Shown: one piece after another, positions 8,864-17,960 of the stretch
How the letters are laid out: every line of letters begins with the position of its first letter
Position numbering within the stretch: the first letter of the stretch is position 1
IMG/VR virus record: IMGVR_UViG_3300002307_000058
Span: 1-62,165 of that record
DNA: 62,165 bases
Source: a virus
Taxonomy: Duplodnaviria; Caudoviricetes
Reading direction: 5' to 3' (one strand)
The notes under the pieces: generated by a model
The model's database searches: none
Told to the model about the DNA's origin: nothing
What the model saw: the letters and a program-made list of their open reading frames with translations, nothing else
Position numbers and translations under genes: made by a program

Positions 8864-10637
8864 ATCTTTCTACGACGTGATCACGCAGGCCATCGCCGAC
8901 TTCGCCAAGCACGGCTACGATAGCGCCGAGCGCATGGCCTATTGGCAGGAGCGGATCCGGCAGGCGGCGGAACGGTCCATGACCCCAGCTTGGCGGATGG
9001 AGGAGCAACTGCGGGCGTCCATGGGCGCGATCTACAAGCGCATGGTCGAGAACGCGGGAGCCCTGCGTTATCATCCGGGCGTGAGCCGGTTCACCCTCGA
9101 CAGCTTGCGCCCCCGGCTGCACGACGAGCTTCGCCGCCGGATCCTCGCCAGCGCCGACCTGATCCGGCTCAATCGGTCGCAGGCCATTGAGAAGACCCTG
9201 CAACGGTTCAGCGGCTGGGCTTCGTCCGTCCCGACCGGCGGGTCAAAGACCATCGACCGGGTCGACGAAAAGAAGACCCTGCGCAAGGCCCTCACGCAGC
9301 TCCCCTTTGAGGAGCGCCGAGTTTTGGTGGATCAGGGGACGAAATTGGTCGCCTCCATAAACCAAGTCATTGCGAGTGATGGAGGGGCTATTGCCGTAAA
9401 ATGGAACAGCCATTGGCGCGAGATCAACTACAACTATCGGGAAGACCACAAGGAGCGCGACGGCCAGATCTACCTGATCCGGGGATCGTGGGCGTCCAAG
9501 GGAGGCTTGGTCCAGCAGGGCGAGGCAGGCTACTACGACGAGGTCACGGCTGTCGCCGAGGAGCCCTTTTGCTTCCCCGGAGACTCAGAGATCCCATTCG
9601 CGGACGGTATAGAAGCCGCGTTTCGTCGTTGGTATGTCGGCGACTTGGTTGAGATGGTCACGTCGTCTGGAAACCGGCTTAAGGGAACACCGAACCACCC
9701 AGTCCTTACGTCGAAGGGTTGGGTCGCGCTGGGTTGTCTCAAGGAAGGCGACAACGTTGTCGAGATTTGCGAGAAAATGGGCCTCGGTCTTGAGCGTGAC
9801 AATCACGGAACAAAAGCCCGAATCTCGGACGTGTTTGCGGCGGTCGGGCGTGCTGGGTTTGCTGAAAAAAGAAGCGGCGGCAGTCACCAGTTCCACGGCG
9901 ATGGATCTGAACGCGACGTCGATGTTGTAAGGGCCGCACGGCCATTGACCTTCGACAGCATGACCCCGCGCCCGAAGCGCCTCGATCAAGGCCAGTTCTC
10001 CTTGACCAACTTGCGTAGATCTGCGGGACGCGCGTTTGATTTTTGTCTCCATGGAGTTGTGCGTTCCGCGCAGGGCGTCGTGAGCGGCTTGGGTCAGCTT
10101 CTTTCGCCCCTGCTCGCCCTCTCTCGCCATCCGAATCAAATTTGCCTCGCTGCGCCCTCGTTGCACCAGCCCGCCCTCTTTGATGGCGCGCACAACCACG
10201 GCGCGGGAGACGTCAAAGTCTCTGGCGATCTGGAGCACGCTTCGCCCTTCCGAGTGCAACCGGCAAACCTCCGCCGGGGGCAAGTCGATTCGGTTGTGGG
10301 CGGATCTCGGGACTGTGTCGAGCGAGACCTTCTGACTGTAAATCCGGCCCCAGAGCGTGCGAGGATTGACGCCCATGATTTTGGCGATCTTTTCGACGGA
10401 AAGCCCTTCTCCACGCAGCTTGGAAAGGTGGTCGAGGTCGAGCGGAACCATTGGTCTGGGCATGTCTACAATCTCCAAACGGAAGCTGGTTGGTATGTAA
10501 CACAAAATATCATTACGCACAATTGCAGATGTTTCGCCACCTACATATACCACTTGCGCCAGCTTCCCCCTGACATGCTGACCAAAAAGGGCCAGCTTCA
10601 ACTCGAAGAGGCTCGGCGCAAGATTGCGGCGCTTTGA
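8853..10637 (+). CDS. MuF/SPP1 gp7-like head morphogenesis protein containing an intein
   Basis: YREDHKERDG motif; splicing restores EPF-CRC, the MuF Cys motif; 276 aa after splicing. Confidence 0.85.
   Translation: MANESFYDVITQAIADFAKHGYDSAERMAYWQERIRQAAERSMTPAWRMEEQLRASMGAIYKRMVENAGALRYHPGVSRFTLDSLRPRLHDELRRRILASADLIRLNRSQAIEKTLQRFSGWASSVPTGGSKTIDRVDEKKTLRKALTQLPFEERRVLVDQGTKLVASINQVIASDGGAIAVKWNSHWREINYNYREDHKERDGQIYLIRGSWASKGGLVQQGEAGYYDEVTAVAEEPFCFPGDSEIPFADGIEAAFRRWYVGDLVEMVTSSGNRLKGTPNHPVLTSKGWVALGCLKEGDNVVEICEKMGLGLERDNHGTKARISDVFAAVGRAGFAEKRSGGSHQFHGDGSERDVDVVRAARPLTFDSMTPRPKRLDQGQFSLTNLRRSAGRAFDFCLHGVVRSAQGVVSGLGQLLSPLLALSRHPNQICLAAPSLHQPALFDGAHNHGAGDVKVSGDLEHASPFRVQPANLRRGQVDSVVGGSRDCVERDLLTVNPAPERARIDAHDFGDLFDGKPFSTQLGKVVEVERNHWSGHVYNLQTEAGWYVTQNIITHNCRCFATYIYHLRQLPPDMLTKKGQLQLEEARRKIAAL
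9570..10523 (+). mobile_element. Intein (318 aa) in MuF
   Basis: Block A CFPGDSEI, block B GTPNHPVLT..GW, block F VYNLQT, block G ITHN/C. Confidence 0.92.
9585..10463 (-). CDS. HTH-HTH-DUF559/Vsr-like endonuclease encoded antisense inside the MuF intein
   Basis: GGAG RBS before ATG 10463; two HTHs (GLSVEKIAKIMGV, GRSVLQIARDFDVS); GELALIEAL...G..VEGQ...GPYNIDVA..IAVE. Confidence 0.75.
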   Translation of the reverse strand: MPRPMVPLDLDHLSKLRGEGLSVEKIAKIMGVNPRTLWGRIYSQKVSLDTVPRSAHNRIDLPPAEVCRLHSEGRSVLQIARDFDVSRAVVVRAIKEGGLVQRGRSEANLIRMAREGEQGRKKLTQAAHDALRGTHNSMETKIKRASRRSTQVGQGELALIEALRARGHAVEGQWPCGPYNIDVAFRSIAVELVTAAASFFSKPSTPDRRKHVRDSGFCSVIVTLKTEAHFLANLDNVVAFLETTQRDPTLRRKDWVVRCSLKPVSRRRDHLNQVADIPTTKRGFYTVREWDL

Positions 10638-10662
10638 CTATCGCGGCGTTTTGCAGTATCTC
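10634..10662 (+). promoter_or_regulatory. Possible sigma70-type promoter
   Basis: TTGACT-N17-TATCTC. Confidence 0.4.
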
Positions 10663-10686
10663 TCGCCCTGAACCACGGGATCTCAA

Positions 10687-11088
10687 ATGGCATCGAACCT
10701 GAACATCTCGCTGGTGGCCGCACAGGCACAAGCCACGGCTCTGGCACCTCTTGCCAACACCGGCTTCATTGACATTTACTCGGGGACGCAGGCCGCAACG
10801 CCCGAGACCGCACCGGGCGTCACCGCACTGGCGACGTTCACGCTCCCGGCGACCTTCGCCTCAAGCATCACCAACGGCGTGATCACGGCCAACGCCATCG
10901 GCAGCGTGGTCATCTCTAACTCCGGCACCGCGACTTGGTTCCGGTGCTGGGAGGCCAACCACACCACGCCCCTGTTCGACGGCACGGTCGGAACCTCCGG
11001 CTGCGACATGAACCTCAACTCGGTCGCGCTGTCCTCCGGAGCCTCGCTCCAGATCAGTTCTCTGACCTTCACCGTTCCGGGCGTCTAA
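10687..11088 (+). CDS. Virion structural protein
   Basis: T/S/G/A-rich beta protein with GTATWFR...DGTVGTSG motif common in phage structural genes. Confidence 0.7.
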   Translation: MASNLNISLVAAQAQATALAPLANTGFIDIYSGTQAATPETAPGVTALATFTLPATFASSITNGVITANAIGSVVISNSGTATWFRCWEANHTTPLFDGTVGTSGCDMNLNSVALSSGASLQISSLTFTVPGV

Positions 11089-11091
11089 CCC

Positions 11092-12801
11092 ATGACCGAC
11101 GGCGTCGTCCTCAATCCCGGCACAGGTGGCGCGACCGTCGACACCGAGACCAATGCGTCGCGCAGCAATGCGCAGATGCAGCGGATGAAGCTGGTCCTCG
11201 GTGACGTGGACGTGGACGGCGGTGACGTATCTCTGACCAACCCCGCGCCGGTCATGTTGTCGCGGGTCAACTACGTCATCAGCACCCTGAACTCGACCAC
11301 GACGCAGCTTGCGGCGGGCCAGACGTGGACGGGCGAAATCGAGGCCGGGGACTCCCAGCCTGCGATCTCCATCGACGTGGTGTCGGACCAGAGCGGCACC
11401 CTGACGCTGAGTCAGTTCATCGACGCAGCAGGCACCCAACCTCTGCGTCCGGTTGTCTTTCCGATCACAGCGGGCGTCGGCTTCGGCTGGTCCCTGACGC
11501 TGAACGGGAACTATGTCCGGCTTTCGTTCCTGAACGGCGGAATCGGCCCGACGACCACGCTGTCGATCAGCACGGCCTATGGCGTCATCAATTCAGCCAC
11601 GTCGCTGGGCAATGCGCCAGTCGCCATGATGGAGGTCGGCGGACAGACCATAGACCCCAACATCGGCTTCCCGGTCGACGTTCAGGCGGTCAATGGCGCT
11701 CCGGTCGCGACTAAGGGTATACCGGTCGTTGACCCTGTCATCGCGTCTGCGTCCGAGAACGAGCGCCCCCTGTCTCAGGTCATCGTCGGCTCCGGTGATG
11801 GTGACTATGCCGGGCAGAGCCTGATCGAGCTCCTGATGAACCCCGACTCCAAGGAGTCGGCGGCGGTGCGGGTCGTCAACCCTCCGAAGCTGGACGCCTC
11901 TGGGGCGACGGTCGTCTCCGACGCGCTCTCTCCGGGGACCTACACCTTCGGCGGCGCAAACCAGCAGATCATCGTTGACACGACGGGATATGCGTCCGTC
12001 GCTCTGGCCATTGTCGGCACTTGGGCGGGGACGATCACCTTCACCCAGTCCAACGACCTCCAGACGTGGCAGACGCTTCAGGGCGTGGTCAGTTCGGCCC
12101 CGCAGGTCGCGCTAGGAGCGACATCGGTCAACGGGCAGTTCCTCTTCCCCGCCATGGCCCGCTATGTGCGCGCCCAGATCACGACCTATACGTCTGGTCT
12201 GGCCGTCCTCGTTCCCTACCTCCGCATTGCCCCCTTCACGGCGCTTCAGGCGGCGAACCTGAACTTCATCAACGGCACGGCTCCTGTCACGGCGAACGTC
12301 GCGGGCATGCTCGCTGTTGGCGGCAACATCGCCCACGGATCCGCGCCCACGGCCTTCCCTCTGCTGGCGGGTGGCACGGACTACAACGGTCTGACCCGCC
12401 GGGTCCAGACCGACAACAGCGGCAACCAGATTGCCGCTGGCTCGCTTCCGGCAGGTTATGCTGTCGGCCAGTATAACGTGACCTATAGCAAGACCACGGT
12501 CGCCTTCGCCTCCGCCCAGTTCCCGACCCTGACAGCGGCGCAGAGTTCTGTCGCGCCGGTCCTGATCGGCGGCGTCGACCCCGGCGGCTTCGTTCGTCAG
12601 GCCCAGACCACGCCGTCCGGCCAGTTGTCGGTCAGTCTGGACGCGCCCAGCGCATCCGGCCAGTCCGTGGCCGAGCTTCTGGCCCAGCTTGTTGCTCTGA
12701 TGCGCGTGAACAACTATTATCAGGCGGTCGGCCTTGGCCCCACCGCCGACGACCCCGAGGCCGTCCTCGGCGAATATCTGGCTCAAAACCCCATCAACTG
12801 A
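11092..12801 (+). CDS. Putative virion fibre/decoration protein (569 aa)
   Basis: Beta-rich, low charge, in structural operon. Confidence 0.6.
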   Translation: MTDGVVLNPGTGGATVDTETNASRSNAQMQRMKLVLGDVDVDGGDVSLTNPAPVMLSRVNYVISTLNSTTTQLAAGQTWTGEIEAGDSQPAISIDVVSDQSGTLTLSQFIDAAGTQPLRPVVFPITAGVGFGWSLTLNGNYVRLSFLNGGIGPTTTLSISTAYGVINSATSLGNAPVAMMEVGGQTIDPNIGFPVDVQAVNGAPVATKGIPVVDPVIASASENERPLSQVIVGSGDGDYAGQSLIELLMNPDSKESAAVRVVNPPKLDASGATVVSDALSPGTYTFGGANQQIIVDTTGYASVALAIVGTWAGTITFTQSNDLQTWQTLQGVVSSAPQVALGATSVNGQFLFPAMARYVRAQITTYTSGLAVLVPYLRIAPFTALQAANLNFINGTAPVTANVAGMLAVGGNIAHGSAPTAFPLLAGGTDYNGLTRRVQTDNSGNQIAAGSLPAGYAVGQYNVTYSKTTVAFASAQFPTLTAAQSSVAPVLIGGVDPGGFVRQAQTTPSGQLSVSLDAPSASGQSVAELLAQLVALMRVNNYYQAVGLGPTADDPEAVLGEYLAQNPIN

Positions 12802-12810
12802 GGACTCCCA

Positions 12811-13464
12811 ATGGCCACTCTGACACCGACTCCGCCCCCGGCTGGCGCTCTTCTCCCGACTTCTCGCGGCACTGGCGCAAACGCCCCTTCCGGCCTGCTG
12901 GGAGAACTGCTGGTCACTGAGGCGCTTCCGCCCTACCACGCCATGCTCAAGTCGGGTCTGGTGTTCTCGCTTTCCTCGACCACCCAGACCGCCGCCACGG
13001 CGTTCACGGGCGGTGCGGCAGGCACGCCGATCTTCGGCCTCTACAACCCCGCAAGCTCCGGCAAGGACCTCGTGATCCTTCAGGCTCGCTACGGCATCCG
13101 GACCACCGGCACCACCGCAGGCACCGTGGACTTCTCGTTCTACGCAGTCAACCAAGGCGGTGTGGCCGTCACCGGCACCCAGACGCAGGCCCGCAACCTC
13201 TACTCGCAGGCCAACTCTGGCGCTGTCGCCTATGGCATGGTCAACACCGCCAACACCGCCGCGCTGGCATCGACCCTGATCGCTCCGTCCCTGTCTCTGG
13301 GCAACGTCACCACCACCGCCGGCCTGAACGTCGGCGTGCTCGTGGACGACGTGAAGGGCGCAATCATCGTCTCCCCCGGCGCGTATCTTGCTCTTGGGTG
13401 CTCTGCGACTCTCGCTGTTGGCTCCATGGACTTCTCGCTGATCTGGGCCGAGCTTCCGGTCTAA
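12811..13464 (+). CDS. Putative virion structural protein
   Basis: GAGGA RBS; A/T/G-rich composition. Confidence 0.65.
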   Translation: MATLTPTPPPAGALLPTSRGTGANAPSGLLGELLVTEALPPYHAMLKSGLVFSLSSTTQTAATAFTGGAAGTPIFGLYNPASSGKDLVILQARYGIRTTGTTAGTVDFSFYAVNQGGVAVTGTQTQARNLYSQANSGAVAYGMVNTANTAALASTLIAPSLSLGNVTTTAGLNVGVLVDDVKGAIIVSPGAYLALGCSATLAVGSMDFSLIWAELPV

Positions 13465-13499
13465 CCGACTACTGACGCCCTCGGCAGGAGGAGCGAACC

Positions 13500-14183
13500 T
13501 TGTCCCTCCTCCTGCTCTACCAGCAGAATCTCTCGTCCACGAACTCGGCCACAGCAGCCCTGATTCAGGACGCTTCCACTCTCTCGTCCACGGCCACTGA
13601 GTCCTTCTCGGCAGCGCCGACCTTCCTTCAGAAGCGTTCCACGACTGCCGCTGCGGCGACGGAGAGCTTCCCGGCCTCGGCTGGCCTCCTCCAGCGCCGC
13701 TCCACAACGGCCATCGCCGGGTCCGGAGCCTTCTCCGCTTTCGGGGCGCTGGCGCAGGCCAGAGACCGGGCGGCGATTGTTGCTCTGGCGATTCACACCG
13801 GCTCCATCGGAGCGACGCAGGCCAAAGACCGGGCGGCGATCACCGACAGCGAGATCTTCTCCGGCGCAGCCCCACTCACTCAGCGGCGCTCGACGATTGT
13901 CGTAACGAACTCCGAGTCTTTCTTCGGCACGTTCACGGCGACGCAGCGCCGGTCCTCAACCGGCGTTGTCGTTGTTGAGGCTTTCGCGGCGACGGTCGCG
14001 GCGACGCAGCGCCATTCTTCGGCGCACGTCGAAGTCACGGTGACCCTGCCGCACGCGCCTCTCAGTTTTACCGCCACACCAAGCTGGTGGGCCGCTGCAC
14101 ACGCCACACCCAACGGCGGGCCTGATCTCTGGAGCCCGCAGAACTACCTCGCGACTCCAGCGTGGTGGAATAAGAGCCACTAG
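13500..14183 (+). CDS. Repeat protein with eight tandem ~21-aa units
   Basis: GGAGGAG RBS, TTG start; Q(R/K)RS(T/S) or QA(R/K)DRA recurring every 21 aa. Confidence 0.65.
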   Translation: MSLLLLYQQNLSSTNSATAALIQDASTLSSTATESFSAAPTFLQKRSTTAAAATESFPASAGLLQRRSTTAIAGSGAFSAFGALAQARDRAAIVALAIHTGSIGATQAKDRAAITDSEIFSGAAPLTQRRSTIVVTNSESFFGTFTATQRRSSTGVVVVEAFAATVAATQRHSSAHVEVTVTLPHAPLSFTATPSWWAAAHATPNGGPDLWSPQNYLATPAWWNKSH

Positions 14184-14239
14184 CGCCGATTGCGCCTTTT
14201 GGTGTATTGTCAAGTTTACGTCCAAGGACCCGCGCCCCC

Positions 14240-16030
14240 ATGCCCCTCGCCTCTGGCTCCTCGAAGCAAGTCGTCAGCCGGAACATCGCGACCGAGCGCC
14301 GGGCGGGCAAGCCCGAGAAGCAGGCCGTGGCCATCGCGCTGAACAAGGCGCGGGGGGATGCAGACGAAGACGACACGCTCATCGGAGCAAAGCTCGTCAA
14401 TGGCGTTTGGCGGCTTACCGACAACGGCAATTTGATTGGGGATGCTAGGGGCCAGCCGAGCAAAGCTGCTGCTTATGCCTACGCAAAGAAGTTTTTTGGA
14501 ACCGGCGTGAAATATGATCCGCAACTCTCGCGTCCTGATTCCAATTCGGCGCGTGGGAAGGTTCAAGCCGATTCCGGAGACCAGCGTGTCACGCCCGAGC
14601 TTCAGAAGCTCTACGACAAGGTCCGCGCCATCGAGTTCAAGATGAAGGCCGGGCGTCGGGAGAACATCGACTTCCTGACCACGCCCGAGGGCCGTCGTCT
14701 GGCGATCCAGCTTGAGGCCGTCGAGGACAACATCAAGAAGCTGGAGTCCAGCCTTGGCAAGATGGCTCCCCCGAAGCTGCGAGAGATTATCTCCGGCATC
14801 GCCAAGGAGGCTGGCATCTCCAGCGACCGTAAGCAGGTCCGCGCCATGACCCGTGACCTGCTGAGCATCGTCAAGTCCTCGCGGACGGACGCCTTCACCA
14901 AGACCAGCGTCGCGGATCGTCAGTGGACCGTCAAAGTTCTCTTCAAGGATGGTGAAGAAGGCACTGTGATGGTCTATGCCAAAGACCAGCCCGACGCCAA
15001 AGCCAAGGTCGAGGCACAATGCCGCAACCACGGCGGCAAGATCGTCGGCGCTCCGCAGGCGCGCAAAGACTCCACCCACACCGGCACCCTAACACCAGAA
15101 GGAATGAAAATGACCAAGTCTGCTGTGCGCGGGGACTCCACCATCAAGAAAGGCAAGACCTCCGGCACCTACGCCGTGTTCCGTGGCGACGCCTGCGTGG
15201 CCAAGGGCTTCGCCACCAAGGCCGACGCCGTGGCTTATACGTCGAAGGCTGACGCTTACGTCGAAGTCGCCAAAGCGCTCGGCACATACAAGGGCTTCAA
15301 GTTGGTTCAAGCCCCGCGTCGCCGCGCTGGAGAAGTCGACGTCGAGGGTCCAAACCTCCCCGACTCCTTGGACCTGATCTTCCCCAGCGAAGCCGCCGCC
15401 AAGAAGGCCATCGACAAGCACCTCGCCGCCAAGGCCGACGCGACCCAAGAAGAAATCAATGAAATGGCAGCGGCCTACAACAAGCAGAAAAACCCTGCCT
15501 TCAAGGTTTATTTCAAGGTGAAGGGAAAATCTAATTACGGCCTTGAAGTCGCATCCACCGAACAAGAGAAAAATGACATTGTAAGAAGGCTACGGGCGAA
15601 GGGATATGTCGTAAAGACAGAACGCGGGGCGAAGGCCGACGCCGTGGCCTATACGTCGAAGGCCGACGCCTCCGACGACGACTACCTGCGCCCCACGAAC
15701 GCCTACAAAGGCCCCCGGCCCAAGACCCCGGACGCCTCGCCAGAGCGCGAGAAAGCCCGCGTGGCTGCGCAGGCCAAGGAAGAGGCGCGCATGGCCGAGG
15801 TCGTAAAGCGCAACGCCGAACACCGCGCCAAGCTCTTGGCCAACAAGCGGAAGGACGCTGCGGGCGTGGAGCCCAAGGTCGGCCAGACGTGGGAGAATGC
15901 GGGCAACGGCGTCAAAGTTCTGATCAAAGCCGTGAACGGCACCAGTGTCACCTTTGAGAACCACGAGGGCCAGATCTTCAAGTTCCCCCGCGACAAGCTC
16001 TACACCAAGTTCGTTATTTCGCGCAAATGA
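14240..16030 (+). CDS. Modular head-associated protein (putative polyprotein, 596 aa)
   Basis: N-terminal MPL..GSS..VVS.NI..E..AGKP.KQAVAIAL motif; 12 [KR]xD[AS] motifs separate unrelated modules; ATGA-coupled to protease gene. Confidence 0.75.
   Translation: MPLASGSSKQVVSRNIATERRAGKPEKQAVAIALNKARGDADEDDTLIGAKLVNGVWRLTDNGNLIGDARGQPSKAAAYAYAKKFFGTGVKYDPQLSRPDSNSARGKVQADSGDQRVTPELQKLYDKVRAIEFKMKAGRRENIDFLTTPEGRRLAIQLEAVEDNIKKLESSLGKMAPPKLREIISGIAKEAGISSDRKQVRAMTRDLLSIVKSSRTDAFTKTSVADRQWTVKVLFKDGEEGTVMVYAKDQPDAKAKVEAQCRNHGGKIVGAPQARKDSTHTGTLTPEGMKMTKSAVRGDSTIKKGKTSGTYAVFRGDACVAKGFATKADAVAYTSKADAYVEVAKALGTYKGFKLVQAPRRRAGEVDVEGPNLPDSLDLIFPSEAAAKKAIDKHLAAKADATQEEINEMAAAYNKQKNPAFKVYFKVKGKSNYGLEVASTEQEKNDIVRRLRAKGYVVKTERGAKADAVAYTSKADASDDDYLRPTNAYKGPRPKTPDASPEREKARVAAQAKEEARMAEVVKRNAEHRAKLLANKRKDAAGVEPKVGQTWENAGNGVKVLIKAVNGTSVTFENHEGQIFKFPRDKLYTKFVISRK
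15218..15669 (+). repeat. 38-bp direct repeat (15218-15255, 15632-15669) encoding KADAVAYTSKADA
   Basis: 36/38 identity by direct comparison. Confidence 0.9.
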
Positions 16031-17154
16031 TCCACGCCGCCGGGATCCTCTTCGTCACCCCTGACAAGCTCGCGCTTTTCGTCAAGCGCGGGAACGGGAG
16101 TGACCATTCTCTGGAATGGTGCATTCCCGGAGGGAGGCGCGAGGAGGGCGAAACGACGGAACAGTGTGCCATCCGCGAGACCCTAGAGGAATGCGGCCAA
16201 GAGGTCGGCTCTGAGGCTATCGTGTATCACACCAGAGGAATTGCCTTGGCGCAGCCGCCCGCAGCCTTGGCAATGCCCACGGGGGAGGCTGGGGACGCCT
16301 CTCCCCTCCAGCCTTCCCCCGTGGCTGCATCCGAGGACGTGGACTTCACCACCTATCTGTCCCGGATCGAGCGCCCCTTCCCCGTGACCCTGTGCGACGA
16401 ACACACCGGATACGCTTGGGCCAGCGTCGACGCACCCCCAGAGCCGCTACACCCCGGCGTGCGCGTGGCTCTGGCCCGGCTGTCCATGGACGAACTGGGC
16501 GTGGCCAAGGCCATGGCCGAAGGCCTGCTGGTCTCACCCCAGCGTTACGAGAACATGACCCTCTTCGCCCTCCGGATCACCGGGACGGGCGTCGCCTTCC
16601 GTTCTTCCATCGACGAGTTCGTGTTCCGGGACCCGTCGCTCTATCTTAACGACGAGTTTCTGCAACGCTGCGCCGGGCTTCAGGTCATTCTGGAACACCC
16701 GACCAACGCGACCCTGACCAGCAAGGAATTTCTGGACCGCACCATTGGCTCCGTCATGTTCGCCTATATCAAGGGCGACGAGGTCTGGGGCATTGCGAAG
16801 ATCTACGACGACGAGGCCATTGACCTGATGATGACGAAGCCCACGAGCACGTCTCCAGCAGTGGTCTTTAAGGATCCCAGCGTTAATGCTAAGATGACGC
16901 TGGAGGATGGCTCGCCGCTCCTTATCGAGGGGCGACCGAGTCTCTTGGACCACATTGCCGTGCTCCCTGAAGGGGCGGGCGTCTGGGACAAAGGCGGGGA
17001 TCTGGCCGGGGTCGATCAAACAGCGACCGAAGTCCGGGCGGATTCCCAAACAGGACCGGTTGCGCTTGATCTGACGAAGATTCGTCGGATTGATCGCACC
17101 CTGCACCTGCTGGACATCAGACTGTCGAACCTTGCCGCATCGCGGCGAACCTGA
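16027..17154 (+). CDS. Nudix hydrolase fused to DUF2213-type prohead protease
   Basis: Nudix box GGRREEGETTEQCAIRETLEECG; RITGTG, ILEHP, STSPAV, LDHIAV...GVWDKGG; lies before scaffold and capsid. Confidence 0.85.
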   Translation: MIHAAGILFVTPDKLALFVKRGNGSDHSLEWCIPGGRREEGETTEQCAIRETLEECGQEVGSEAIVYHTRGIALAQPPAALAMPTGEAGDASPLQPSPVAASEDVDFTTYLSRIERPFPVTLCDEHTGYAWASVDAPPEPLHPGVRVALARLSMDELGVAKAMAEGLLVSPQRYENMTLFALRITGTGVAFRSSIDEFVFRDPSLYLNDEFLQRCAGLQVILEHPTNATLTSKEFLDRTIGSVMFAYIKGDEVWGIAKIYDDEAIDLMMTKPTSTSPAVVFKDPSVNAKMTLEDGSPLLIEGRPSLLDHIAVLPEGAGVWDKGGDLAGVDQTATEVRADSQTGPVALDLTKIRRIDRTLHLLDIRLSNLAASRRT

Positions 17155-17176
17155 ACCTCTTTTGGAGCACCACCAA

Positions 17177-17926
17177 ATGGCCGAAGAAATGACTGAAGCC
17201 CGCGACGACGCCGACGCGGGCCAGAAGCTGGACAAGATCCTCACCCATCTGGACAGCCTGACCAAGCGCATGGACGCACTTGAGAAGCCGCCGGAAGAAA
17301 TGGCCGACGCCGACGAGACCGAAGAATACGAAGACGCCGAAGGCGAGTTCGAGTTCGAAGGTGAGCCGGAAGAAGTCGTTGGCGATTCCGACGACGAAGA
17401 CGAGCCGGAAGCCAAGAAGGACGCCGAAGGCGACCGCGAAATGGAAGAGACCGCGAAGGCCGACTCCATGAACGAAGTCCAGCGCCGGATCGACCGCGTC
17501 GAACGCATGCTCCCCAAGCAACTCTCCGACGCCGACTACGCCAAGATGGCCGACGCCCAAGCCAAGGCCGACAGCGTCTACCAAGCCTTCGGCGACGCCG
17601 CCCCGCGCCCGCTGCAAGGTGAGAACCTGACCGCCTACCGCCGTCGTCTGGCCAAGGGCCTTCAGTCGTACAGCGCCCAACTGAAGGAAGTCAACCTGTC
17701 GGCCATCAAGGACCCGGCGGCGTTCAACTTCATGGAAGGTCAGATTTACTCGGACGCCATGGCCGCAGCCCTGACGCCTCGCGACCTGCCCCTCGGACAG
17801 CTTCGCGAGATCAAGCGCCGCGACTCGACGGGTCGTCAGATCTCGGAGTTCGTCGGTCAGCCCATCTCTTGGCTGTCGCAGTTCACCGGCCACCGTCGTC
17901 GCGTCTCGGCCTTCAACAAGGGCTGA
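17177..17926 (+). CDS. Scaffolding protein
   Basis: Acidic coiled-coil with many DA/DS dipeptides; between protease and capsid genes. Confidence 0.8.
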   Translation: MAEEMTEARDDADAGQKLDKILTHLDSLTKRMDALEKPPEEMADADETEEYEDAEGEFEFEGEPEEVVGDSDDEDEPEAKKDAEGDREMEETAKADSMNEVQRRIDRVERMLPKQLSDADYAKMADAQAKADSVYQAFGDAAPRPLQGENLTAYRRRLAKGLQSYSAQLKEVNLSAIKDPAAFNFMEGQIYSDAMAAALTPRDLPLGQLREIKRRDSTGRQISEFVGQPISWLSQFTGHRRRVSAFNKG

Positions 17927-17960
17927 TCCCTCCCGTTCTCGCCTTGAAAGGGCATGACCA

